From positions 540,001 through 572,000 of the forward strand of contig NC_003551.1 in assembly GCF_000007185.1 (NCBI RefSeq): a DNA stretch of 32,000 nucleotides, given 5' to 3'. The position numbers and the translations under genes are program-made. Numbering within the stretch: the first letter of the stretch is position 1; every line of letters starts with the position of its first letter. Below the pieces are notes generated by a model. The model saw only the letters and a list, made by a program, of their open reading frames with translations. It was not told the DNA's origin and searched no databases. The stretch is from Methanopyrus kandleri AV19 (GTDB lineage Archaea; JAADCQ01; Methanopyri; Methanopyrales; Methanopyraceae). Below, in pieces: positions 1 through 7,817 of this stretch.

Positions 1-1
1 A

Positions 2-490
2 GACATCGAGGCCCCGCTCTACGCCGCCGCGGTGCGAACGCGTCCCATGCTCAGGCCGGTGACGCTGGGGAAGGTCTCGCACCTCGAGCTCGACGATGAG
101 GAGGGTACTCTCAAGGTATCGGTCGCCGTGGAGCGCTACTTCCCCGATGTGATCCGAACGTTACAGAGTGTATTCGGAGAGGATCGCGTCCGGCACGAAG
201 AGCGCCTCGAGATTACGATCGAGCCACCCGAGGGGATGAGTCCCGAACATCTCGAGAAACTCGAAGAGCTCGTCGTCCACGATCCTCGGAAGAAGCTCGC
301 CCACAGGGTGTACGATTTCATCGAGCGGGTACGGCCAGAGGGGTTCCGAGTGGCCCGATACGCGCGCTTCGATCAGGACTTCCTATACCTGGCCAGCGAA
401 GGCACGCTCGAGGACGAGTGGACCGACTTACTCTTCGAGCTGCCGGGAGAGCTAGATCGTGTCGGAGAGCGCCGGGGGCCGAGTGAGTGA
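2..490 (+). CDS. hypothetical acidic protein, 5' end probably outside the window
   Basis: The frame is open from nt 2, so the ORF-track GTG at 32 may be internal. The stop overlaps the GTG start of the next gene (487-490), suggesting translational coupling. No motif recognised. Confidence 0.5.
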   Translation, partial: DIEAPLYAAAVRTRPMLRPVTLGKVSHLELDDEEGTLKVSVAVERYFPDVIRTLQSVFGEDRVRHEERLEITIEPPEGMSPEHLEKLEELVVHDPRKKLAHRVYDFIERVRPEGFRVARYARFDQDFLYLASEGTLEDEWTDLLFELPGELDRVGERRGPSE

Positions 491-1335
491 GAGGACCGTG
501 TCCGAACGATCACCCGTGTTACGTCGGGGAGCACGGGAAATTCGTGAAGGTGCACCTACCCGTGGGCGGACGGTGTAACATCCACTGCCGTTTCTGCGAA
601 TCCGGACTCGAGCACGAGGGAGTACGGGTGGATTATCCCGGACGTGCCGTCCGCACGATCACCGGAGACGAGGCTAGGACGGCCCTCAAAAGGGTAAAAG
701 AGCACTGCGGACGCGTCGACGTCGTCGGAATCGCCGGACCCGGCGACCCACTGGCGAACTGGGAGGACGTGAAGGAGACCTTCGACGTCGTCGCCGAAAC
801 GGTACCGGAGGCGAAACGCTGCCTGTCCACCAACGGCGTGTGGTTACCCGATTTGATCGACGAGGTGACGGAGCTCGTGCACTCGGTGACGATCACCGTC
901 AACGCGCTGGACCCCGAGATCGCGGCCGATATCTACGATCGAGCACTGACACCCGAAGGCGAGGTGTTGACCGGGAAGGAGGCCGCCCGATGGATCGTCG
1001 AGAGGCAGGAAGGGGCCATGGACGCGCTGAAGAAGGAGCGCTACATACTCAAGAAGGTCAACTTCGTGCTCGTCCCCGGTGTGAACGAAGACGAGGTCGA
1101 ACGCGTCGCGGAGCGCGCCGCCGACGCAGGGTTTCACGCCATGAACGTGATCCCCCTCATCCCGGGCGGCGACATGAAGGACCACCGACCGCCGACGTGC
1201 CGGGAGCTCTCGAGGGCGCGGGACCGGGCTGAGAAGTACATCACCGTGATGCGCCGATGCATGCAGTGTCGCGCCGACGTGATCCACTGCCGCGGCAGAC
1301 CCCGGCTGATCTGGGAGCTGCTAGAAGAGGACTGA
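487..1335 (+). CDS. NifB-like radical SAM protein (radical-SAM core only)
   Basis: CNIHCRFC (CX3CX2C) is preceded by HPC and VHLPV. It is followed by GIAGPGDPLAN, C-LSTNG, TITVNALDPEI, VNFVLVPGVNE and a C-terminal CMQC. These match the NifB signature blocks as I remember them. Confidence 0.8.
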   Translation: MRGPCPNDHPCYVGEHGKFVKVHLPVGGRCNIHCRFCESGLEHEGVRVDYPGRAVRTITGDEARTALKRVKEHCGRVDVVGIAGPGDPLANWEDVKETFDVVAETVPEAKRCLSTNGVWLPDLIDEVTELVHSVTITVNALDPEIAADIYDRALTPEGEVLTGKEAARWIVERQEGAMDALKKERYILKKVNFVLVPGVNEDEVERVAERAADAGFHAMNVIPLIPGGDMKDHRPPTCRELSRARDRAEKYITVMRRCMQCRADVIHCRGRPRLIWELLEED

Positions 1336-1354
1336 CCCCCTGGGGGTCGCGAGC

Positions 1355-2266
1355 GTGTTCGAAACCGTGATCTACGAAGGGGGCGTGTACAAGGCCGACG
1401 AGATGCGCGACCTGGTCGAGGACCTCGGCGGGTTCGTCCTGTCCGAGCACCAGATGCAGCTGGAGGTCCACATGGTTCTAGCCGTACCCGTCGACGACCT
1501 GGACGTCATAGAGCGGAAAGCGGAGGAGCTCCTCGGAGAGATAAGGAGGATGCCGCTGGCCGGTACCGAGATCGCGGTCGTGGGGATGAGCCTGGCCCGT
1601 CATCACATGCCACATCCCGTGTGTGACATCGCCGAGTACCTCAGGCGTCACGGCGCCAAGTCCAACGTGATCGGCTTGGCCAGAGGTTACGGACGCGAGC
1701 TGGCCCAGCTGCGCACCCGGGAGAAACGTCTCCTTGAAGAACACGACCTGGTGATCTTCGTCGTAGGGAACTTCAAAGATTGCATCGAGAAGTACAAGCT
1801 GCCGCTGGTCCGACGGATAGAACGCGTGCCGGTCGTCGTGGTGGGAGGTCCGGAGGAGATCGACGCCGACGACGTGGTGTACGTGGGAGGAATAGGTAGA
1901 AAGCCGTACCGGTTCAGGAAGGGTCGCGAGATCACGAAGCTCGACGAGATCGTCGACGTCGTCTCGAAGATCATCGAGGAGCGACGACAGGAGCTGGCTG
2001 AGGACCCGCCCGTCGTCCCACCGATGGTAGTGAAAGATCGAATCAACCGGGAGTTGAAGATCGAGGAGAGGTTCACCTCCCCCATGCCGATCACACTCCA
2101 GCTCGACGGTCTTCGGGTGAAGGCACCGTACGACGAGTGGGCGGATCGAGTGGCGGAGGTCGAGGTCTTCGGTTGGAAGCTCCGGGAGATCGCGGACATC
2201 AGGCGATCGGAGATGGACGATCACATCTTGGTGAAGATCAGACCTAAGAGCGCGGTGACGGGATGA
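1355..2266 (+). CDS. conserved methanogen protein resembling methanogenesis marker protein 7 (Mmp7)
   Basis: GTG start 19 nt after the NifB-like stop, with a GGGGGT SD-like run upstream. N-terminal YEGGVYK and the block ARHHMPHPVCDIAEYLRRHGAKSNVIGLARG match my memory of Mmp7-type proteins. The family call is from memory only. Confidence 0.5.
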   Translation: MFETVIYEGGVYKADEMRDLVEDLGGFVLSEHQMQLEVHMVLAVPVDDLDVIERKAEELLGEIRRMPLAGTEIAVVGMSLARHHMPHPVCDIAEYLRRHGAKSNVIGLARGYGRELAQLRTREKRLLEEHDLVIFVVGNFKDCIEKYKLPLVRRIERVPVVVVGGPEEIDADDVVYVGGIGRKPYRFRKGREITKLDEIVDVVSKIIEERRQELAEDPPVVPPMVVKDRINRELKIEERFTSPMPITLQLDGLRVKAPYDEWADRVAEVEVFGWKLREIADIRRSEMDDHILVKIRPKSAVTG

Positions 2267-2478
2267 TCGTACACCGTAGGTGGTGATCGGAACGCCACGA
2301 CTACTTCCCTCCCACCCCACGTGGTCGACCGGGAGACGCCTCCGAACTTCGTTTCTCTCCAGGCAGTTTAGACGGTCGCACAACTAACAACCTCACGTCA
2401 CGATCGATCACCGGCCCGGTGATGTACCATGCCACCCGCCCTCGGGAGTATCCCCTCACTTCCTACGCGCTAAAACTG

Positions 2479-3207
2479 TCAGGCGGCCTCCCGCTGTTTC
2501 ACCCTGTCGTACAGTCCTACCCGCTCCCGCCAGTAGCGACGGGCTTCTCTCTCACCCCTCCATAAACGTACGATGCGAAGGCTGTACCAGGCCGGCCACG
2601 GGGCCAACACGTCCACTAAGATGTCCCGAACCGTTCCGGGTAACCCCCTGAGTACGCTGTCGATGATCTCTTTCCCACTGCCGGGCCATCCGAGCCGACG
2701 CAACGGGTTGAACTCGACGGACCTTAGGATCGAACAAGTCCGACTGACTCCCTCCTTCACTATCTCCTCGAGTTTTTGGAGCACTTCCGCACGATGTTCG
2801 GCAGACATCTGTGCAAGCTGCCTCAGCACCGGTACGAGGGCCCTACGGACCGCCCTCGCCACGAACCACTTCGCCTTCCTGTGCTCCGACAACCTCGGTG
2901 CCGCGAGTCGAATCGTTTCGAGCCATTCCCGTAAGAATTGGACGGACTCGTTGTCTTCTCTGCCCAGGTAGATGGTACGGCCGCGCTCGCCCTTCCGCGG
3001 CTTCCACCGAGCCTCGTAGTACGGCCCATACACCTTCCCGTTCACCGACCGATACGACGCACCCAGGAACGGTAGAGTCCCCCGTTCCAAAGTCTCCACC
3101 AAGACCCGAAACACCCGAACCAACTCCACGGGGTCTTCGGGTACTTCCATCGGAACGCCCAACCGGACCGGATCGAGTACCGGTGGCCCTCCAGGCCTGA
3201 CGTTCAT
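2479..3207 (-). CDS. uncharacterised protein, YGPYY-IYLG family (paralog of 25272-25817)
   Basis: Long ORF. I prefer ATG 3207 over the track's GTG 3222. A TATA-like ggattttaa lies upstream on the minus strand. It shares DPVE(L/R)(V/I)R, YR..(N/A)G..YGPYY, IYLG, SV.F.EWL and PW.AW blocks with 25272-25817. Confidence 0.6.
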   Translation of the reverse strand: MNVRPGGPPVLDPVRLGVPMEVPEDPVELVRVFRVLVETLERGTLPFLGASYRSVNGKVYGPYYEARWKPRKGERGRTIYLGREDNESVQFLREWLETIRLAAPRLSEHRKAKWFVARAVRRALVPVLRQLAQMSAEHRAEVLQKLEEIVKEGVSRTCSILRSVEFNPLRRLGWPGSGKEIIDSVLRGLPGTVRDILVDVLAPWPAWYSLRIVRLWRGEREARRYWRERVGLYDRVKQREAA

Positions 3208-3480
3208 TCGATTGACCCCCACTCCCAGTACCGAACGCGCTTAAAATCCTTTCGATTACGGACGCACAATCTTGGCGTTGGGCTTAAATTTGTGCGAACG
3301 TTCATTTTCCCGCCAGAACTGCTGGGACGGCCAGAACCATGGTGGTCGAGTATGGTAAGGGGGCAAATAATTTAACTGACCCGGTCGAGTTCATGGTCAG
3401 ATCAACGCTCGCACAAATGAGAATGATTGGAAAGAGAGGGGGCGGGAAGGGAGGCTCCCACCGGTCGGGGGTCAAGGCCC

Positions 3481-4767
3481 ATGAGCCGCGGCACCAAGGC
3501 CGGCATCTACCGAGATGTACTCGTTATTGAAGTTTTCCCCGGGGCGGTCCCCGACACGGGGACGCTCCGAGCCCTGAACGAGAGGGAGCGTAGGTTACTC
3601 CTAGCGGCAGCTGGATACGATGTCACTGAGTTCTGGGCTAGAAGTTTCATAGGACTGCTCTTCGACCATCCTACGCCCCTCGTTAGGGCATCCGAGAGAC
3701 ACGAGAAACTGTTACCGGAGGCGACGGTGGCGGCAGTCCGCGAGTTGTGCGATCGTATCGAACCCGAGAAGTTACGGAAGATCCGTAGCCGTGTGGCCTC
3801 CGGGGAGACCCCGAGGGAGGCCGTGCGTCGTGTCCTCGGATCCAAGATGGCCGGAGCCGTTTCCAGACTACTCGGTCGTGTTATGGGTTACGTACAGTCC
3901 GACCCGCTCTCCGTGGCCATCACCCTCCAGGTGTTAGGCACCATGATCGCAGCGGACAAACGCCTAGAGGACGTGTCGACGGTTTTGGTCGTCGTCCCGG
4001 GCCTAGAGCACGTGCACATCGACGTATATCGACTGGCACGAAGGGTTTACTCTAACCTCGTGAGGGCGATGAAGTCCCTCAGACGCTACCTCAACCCTCG
4101 AGTTAGGGTGCGGGTGTACGTAGCCACGGGAGGTAAACTGGAACATCCAGCGGGAGATTCCCCCGAGGAGGAGCTGATCGAGGCGTACGAGGAGCTCTCA
4201 AGGAGGCCCACCGTGAGACGCTTCTTCCCGGAGCGTGGCCACTTCACCGAGGTACCTTGGGACCGAGCACTCGCTGAGTTTTTTGTGCGAGTTATCCGAA
4301 GGGAGCTCCACCGTAGGTCTCTGAAGGTAGTTCGGGCTGCGAAGCGGGAGGGTGCTTCGGGTAGAGAGCTGTCTGAAGTGTACGGCAGGGAGTACGGTAA
4401 GTGGTTGAGCAGGTGGTTCAAACGCGGTCGTCGATGGCTGAACTTTCACAGACCTAGTCCGGCACTCTCCGATATCTCCTGCTGCTTCGTAGCGTCAGAG
4501 GCGGGAGTAGAAGGATACCATGAGGAGTTCTTGATAAAGGTACTCCAGAAGGTGTTGAGAGAAGTCGTCGAACGCAGGGTGACAGGACGACGGCTTGTGC
4601 GAAAAATAGTCAGGAAGATCGCCAGGGTCCTAAAGGAGGACTTCAGGGTCGAAGGGAAGATACGCGAAGGGATTCTCCACATGGCGAGGCTACTCGGTGG
4701 CAGACGCAAAGCCGCGTTAGGTGGCAAGACACTGCTCGAAGCGTTCGGGGCACCTCCACCGAGTTGA
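3481..4767 (+). CDS. large Arg-rich orphan protein, no recognisable domain
   Basis: 1.3 kb uninterrupted ORF. ATG 3481 follows a purine-rich ggaagggagg run, whereas the track start 3427 is TTG. No Walker, nuclease or recombinase motif seen. Confidence 0.55.
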   Translation: MSRGTKAGIYRDVLVIEVFPGAVPDTGTLRALNERERRLLLAAAGYDVTEFWARSFIGLLFDHPTPLVRASERHEKLLPEATVAAVRELCDRIEPEKLRKIRSRVASGETPREAVRRVLGSKMAGAVSRLLGRVMGYVQSDPLSVAITLQVLGTMIAADKRLEDVSTVLVVVPGLEHVHIDVYRLARRVYSNLVRAMKSLRRYLNPRVRVRVYVATGGKLEHPAGDSPEEELIEAYEELSRRPTVRRFFPERGHFTEVPWDRALAEFFVRVIRRELHRRSLKVVRAAKREGASGRELSEVYGREYGKWLSRWFKRGRRWLNFHRPSPALSDISCCFVASEAGVEGYHEEFLIKVLQKVLREVVERRVTGRRLVRKIVRKIARVLKEDFRVEGKIREGILHMARLLGGRRKAALGGKTLLEAFGAPPPS

Positions 4768-5063
4768 GGGTATCTTCGGACGGTAACCCCACGATCGTGA
4801 GCGGCGGAGGTGCCGACAATTGTTACGATTTCAATAACATTTGAATATCGCAACGAAAATTCTTTTACTTGCAGTTAATTCAGAGCCCGATATACAGTTA
4901 TTCATCGAGCTAATTCCTCTACTTTCATTGAGTGAACGAGGGTAATAGTAGACGGTTATGGCGCGCGATGGCAGATAAGTAACCAAATAACGTCCTTTTT
5001 TATTTGGACTTCTATTCGCCAACCTTCCACAGCCGAGAGTGTGAAACTGCGGGCGCGAGGAAG

Positions 5064-5954
5064 ATGGACGTGAAGACGTTAGTCGGAGAGTACTACGCCT
5101 CACTTCCCAGCGGCGTGTTACGAGAGTTCGTGGAAGACCCGAGCTCCCGCGAGTGGGCGTACACCTTCCTAAAGGGACGGGATATCGTATTCACCCGAAA
5201 GCGGAGGTTGGACGAGGTCTCAGGGTTCTTAGAGCTGTATCACTCGACTGGGAAGTTCAAGAACCCGAAATCGTGGGAGGGACTCCTCGGCTGGGATCTG
5301 GTGATCGACGTGGACGCGGAGCTTCCGGAGGAGCCCGAGGCGTTCCTCAAATCGCTGGGGAGGCTACTCAAGGATGTAGTGATAGCATGCGACGAGTTAC
5401 GTCGGGCGTTAGGGTTCCCACGACCGGACGTGGTTAATTTCTCTGGATCCAAGGGGTTTCACGTGAGGTACTTCGACAGCACCGTGCGACGGTGGCTGAG
5501 ATGGGACTTACACGAGCGTCGAGGTATAAAGCCGGGCGAGATCATCCAGCGGGTGGGTCGTGGAGTCGTATGGTTGGCACGTGAGGGTTTCGTGGCTGGG
5601 GACAGAGTGCGTGCACTCCGCGAGGGGCTCTTGGATGACTCGATGTACGATCTCAAGAGACTGATCCGATGCGTCGGATCGATGAACGTCAAGTCGCTAC
5701 TCCCCGCAGTGCCGGTGTGGTCGCGAGAGGGGGGTCGGTGGGTGGACTTTCGGGACGAGGTCCTAGGAATGAACGATTTGGAGCTGGGATGCCTGGTCGC
5801 CCACCGCACGTTGACCTGGCCCGGCCGTGGGGGATTGGGCGTAGTACTTTCCCGCGTACTCGACTTAGACACGGATGCAGATCCGGAGGATCCAAGCGAC
5901 TTCGTCGAGGTATGGGGGAACGTGATGTCGGTGCTGGGGGAGCTTAAGCCGTGA
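5064..5954 (+). CDS. priS: archaeo-eukaryotic primase catalytic (small) subunit-like protein
   Basis: AEP motif I is LVIDVDAE, motif II is FSGSKGFHV, and motif III region is YDLKRLIRCVGSMNVKS. N-terminal REWAYTF...R resembles the PriS REFAF block. ATG 5064 follows gcgaggaag. The stop overlaps the cofC start. Confidence 0.65.
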   Translation: MDVKTLVGEYYASLPSGVLREFVEDPSSREWAYTFLKGRDIVFTRKRRLDEVSGFLELYHSTGKFKNPKSWEGLLGWDLVIDVDAELPEEPEAFLKSLGRLLKDVVIACDELRRALGFPRPDVVNFSGSKGFHVRYFDSTVRRWLRWDLHERRGIKPGEIIQRVGRGVVWLAREGFVAGDRVRALREGLLDDSMYDLKRLIRCVGSMNVKSLLPAVPVWSREGGRWVDFRDEVLGMNDLELGCLVAHRTLTWPGRGGLGVVLSRVLDLDTDADPEDPSDFVEVWGNVMSVLGELKP

Positions 5955-6523
5955 GGTTCGTGGTGCCGTTCGCGGATAGGGGGGATCGTAAGACCCGGCT
6001 GTCCTCGTGCATGGACGAGGAGACGCGTGAGCGGTTCGCGTTGGCGATGCTAAGGCACGTGGTAAGGGTGCTCTCCAAGTTCGGCGAGGTAGAAGTGGTA
6101 ACTCCGGACTCCAGCCTGTCGGTGCCGGGGACGAAGGTACGACGGAGTGACGCGAGTCTCGACGAGCTGCCGCTTCCGGACGGTGAGTTCGGGCTGGTGA
6201 TGTCGGATCTACCGTTGCTGTCCGAAGAGGACGTCGAGCGGGCGTTGGAGGGGTTGAAAGACGCGGATGTCGTTCTCTGCCCGTCCCGACGAGGTGGAAC
6301 GAGTGGAGTGTTCGTGAGGAAGGGTGTACGGTTCAGGCCGACGTTCGGTGGTGTGAGCTTCCCTAGGAACTTGAGACGGGCGGAGAAGCAAGGGGTGGAA
6401 GTCGCCGTGGTGAAGTCGTTGGGGTTCTTCGCCGATGTGGACGAGCCGGAAGACCTGCTCGACGCGGCGTTGTTGGGGAGGAGGGAAGTGGCGAAGATTG
6501 CGCGTTCCGTCGTCGAAGTCTGA
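5951..6523 (+). CDS. cofC: 2-phospho-L-lactate guanylyltransferase (F420 biosynthesis)
   Basis: Contains VVPF...KTRLS, SDLPLLSEEDV, CPSRRGGTSG, FGGVSF and ADVDEPEDL in CofC order. About 190 aa. GTG start overlaps the upstream stop (GTGA). Confidence 0.7.
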   Translation: MRFVVPFADRGDRKTRLSSCMDEETRERFALAMLRHVVRVLSKFGEVEVVTPDSSLSVPGTKVRRSDASLDELPLPDGEFGLVMSDLPLLSEEDVERALEGLKDADVVLCPSRRGGTSGVFVRKGVRFRPTFGGVSFPRNLRRAEKQGVEVAVVKSLGFFADVDEPEDLLDAALLGRREVAKIARSVVEV

Positions 6524-6598
6524 CGGCACCTTTTGTGCGACTTTCATTAGAGAGTCCCGTGAGACGACACGCACCGGAGGGGGCCGGATTAAAGAAGC

Positions 6599-7708
6599 GT
6601 GGAGCGCGCCCGGGCAGGGGGGCCGCCGTTGTTATCTCGGGAGGAAATTCTCGAGATCCTCTCGGAGTACGATCTCGAGGACCTGTCCATAGCTACGCTC
6701 GGAAGCCATACTGCACTTCACATTCTAAAGGGCGCCAAAGAGGAAGGGCTTCGCTCTGTGGTAGTCTGTGAAGAAGGTCGCACAACACCCTACGAGCGAC
6801 TCGGGGTCGCCGATGAGATCATCGTGGTAGAGCGCTTCCAAGACATGCTCGACGAGGAAGTTCAGGAGCGTCTTCGAGAGTTGAACGCTATCGTCGTGCC
6901 GCACGGGTCCTTCGTCGCCTACGTGGGTCTGGACGGGATCGAAAACGAGTTCTGCGTGCCGATGTTCGGAAACAGGCGGCTACTGCGCTGGGAGAGCGAG
7001 CGCTCTCTAGAGCGTAAGCTTCTGAAGCGGGCGGGCGTGAAGGTGCCGAAGGTGTTCGACTCACCCGAGGACATCGACCGCCCGGTCATCGTCAAGTTCC
7101 CTGGGGCCAGAGGGGGTCGTGGGTACTTCATCTGCTCCGATCCGGAAGAGTTCGAGGAGAAGGCAGAGCGGCTGATCGAAGACGGCGTGATCGACGAGGA
7201 GGATCTCGAGCAGGCACACATAGAGGAGTACGTGGTCGGGACCAACTTCTGCGTCCACTACTTCCGGTCGGTCGTGGAGGATACCGTTGAGGTACTGGGG
7301 ATGGATCGCCGTTATGAGACCAACATCGATGGCCTCGTCCGGATGCCGGCAGGCGATCAACTGGAAGCGGGACTGGAGCCTTCCTACGTCATCTCGGGTA
7401 ACATCCCCGTGGTCGTGAGGGAGTCCCTGCTGGTGCAGCTGTACGAGATGGGCGATCGCGTGGTACGCGCATCCGAGGATATCGAGGAACCCGGCTTCAT
7501 CGGGCCGTTCTGTCTACAAACGCTGTGCACCGAGGACCTCGAGTTCTACGTCTTCGAGCTCTCCGCCAGGATCGACGGTGGTACCAACGTGACCTTCCTG
7601 CCGTACGCGTACTTGAAGTTCGGCGAGATCGTGACCATGGGTCGCAGGATAGCCAAGGAGGTGCGCGAGGCTCGGGACAAGGGGCTCCTCGAAGGCGTCG
7701 TTACCTGA
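6599..7708 (+). CDS. purP: FAICAR synthetase (5-formaminoimidazole-4-carboxamide ribotide synthetase), ATP-grasp
   Basis: N-terminus EEILEILSEYDLEDLSIATLGSHTALHILKGAKEEGL plus IVPHGSFVAYVG and VIVKFPGARGGRGYF are typical archaeal PurP. The exact start is uncertain. Confidence 0.85.
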   Translation: MERARAGGPPLLSREEILEILSEYDLEDLSIATLGSHTALHILKGAKEEGLRSVVVCEEGRTTPYERLGVADEIIVVERFQDMLDEEVQERLRELNAIVVPHGSFVAYVGLDGIENEFCVPMFGNRRLLRWESERSLERKLLKRAGVKVPKVFDSPEDIDRPVIVKFPGARGGRGYFICSDPEEFEEKAERLIEDGVIDEEDLEQAHIEEYVVGTNFCVHYFRSVVEDTVEVLGMDRRYETNIDGLVRMPAGDQLEAGLEPSYVISGNIPVVVRESLLVQLYEMGDRVVRASEDIEEPGFIGPFCLQTLCTEDLEFYVFELSARIDGGTNVTFLPYAYLKFGEIVTMGRRIAKEVREARDKGLLEGVVT

Positions 7709-7782
7709 CCTCTCCGGGCAAAAATACCGTTCCCCAAGTCGTCGGCCCCCCGGGCTGCTGCTCGGCGTTACCCTTCATCCTA

Positions 7783-7805
7783 AACGTTACGAGTATTGTG
7801 ACGTT
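7783..7805. promoter_or_regulatory. AT-rich hairpin element (AACGTTAC-N7-GTGACGTT) in the purP-thiDN spacer
   Basis: 8-bp stem (one G-U if RNA) with a 7-nt loop gagtatt, 13 nt upstream of the thiDN ATG. 18 of 24 positions are identical to the tRNA-Ser trailer element. Confidence 0.4.
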
Positions 7806-7817
7806 GGGGGCTCGGAT

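Noticed and set aside
1478-2383. Long antisense ORFs opposite real genes (1478-2383, 8130-9134, 17219-18232, 20164-21030, 24334-25041 and many shorter ones)
   Set aside because: These are typical shadow ORFs of high-GC DNA. They are Arg/Pro/Ser/Gly/His-rich with low-complexity translations and no motifs. Each lies opposite a gene with clear family signatures.
3262-3422. Repeated TCGCACAAA(T) motif at 3290(-), 3410(+), 6533(-) and 8548(+), plus a weaker copy at 3262
   Set aside because: A birthday-type estimate says many 9-11-mers recur by chance in 64 kb of two-strand sequence. One copy is inside thiDN coding sequence. This is not distinguishable from chance without genome-wide statistics.
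4921-4932. Shared ACTTTCATT 9-mer upstream of the primase-like gene (4921) and purP (6543), as a possible promoter element
   Set aside because: The statistical objection is the same. The match does not resemble a canonical archaeal BRE/TATA and the spacing to the start codons differs.
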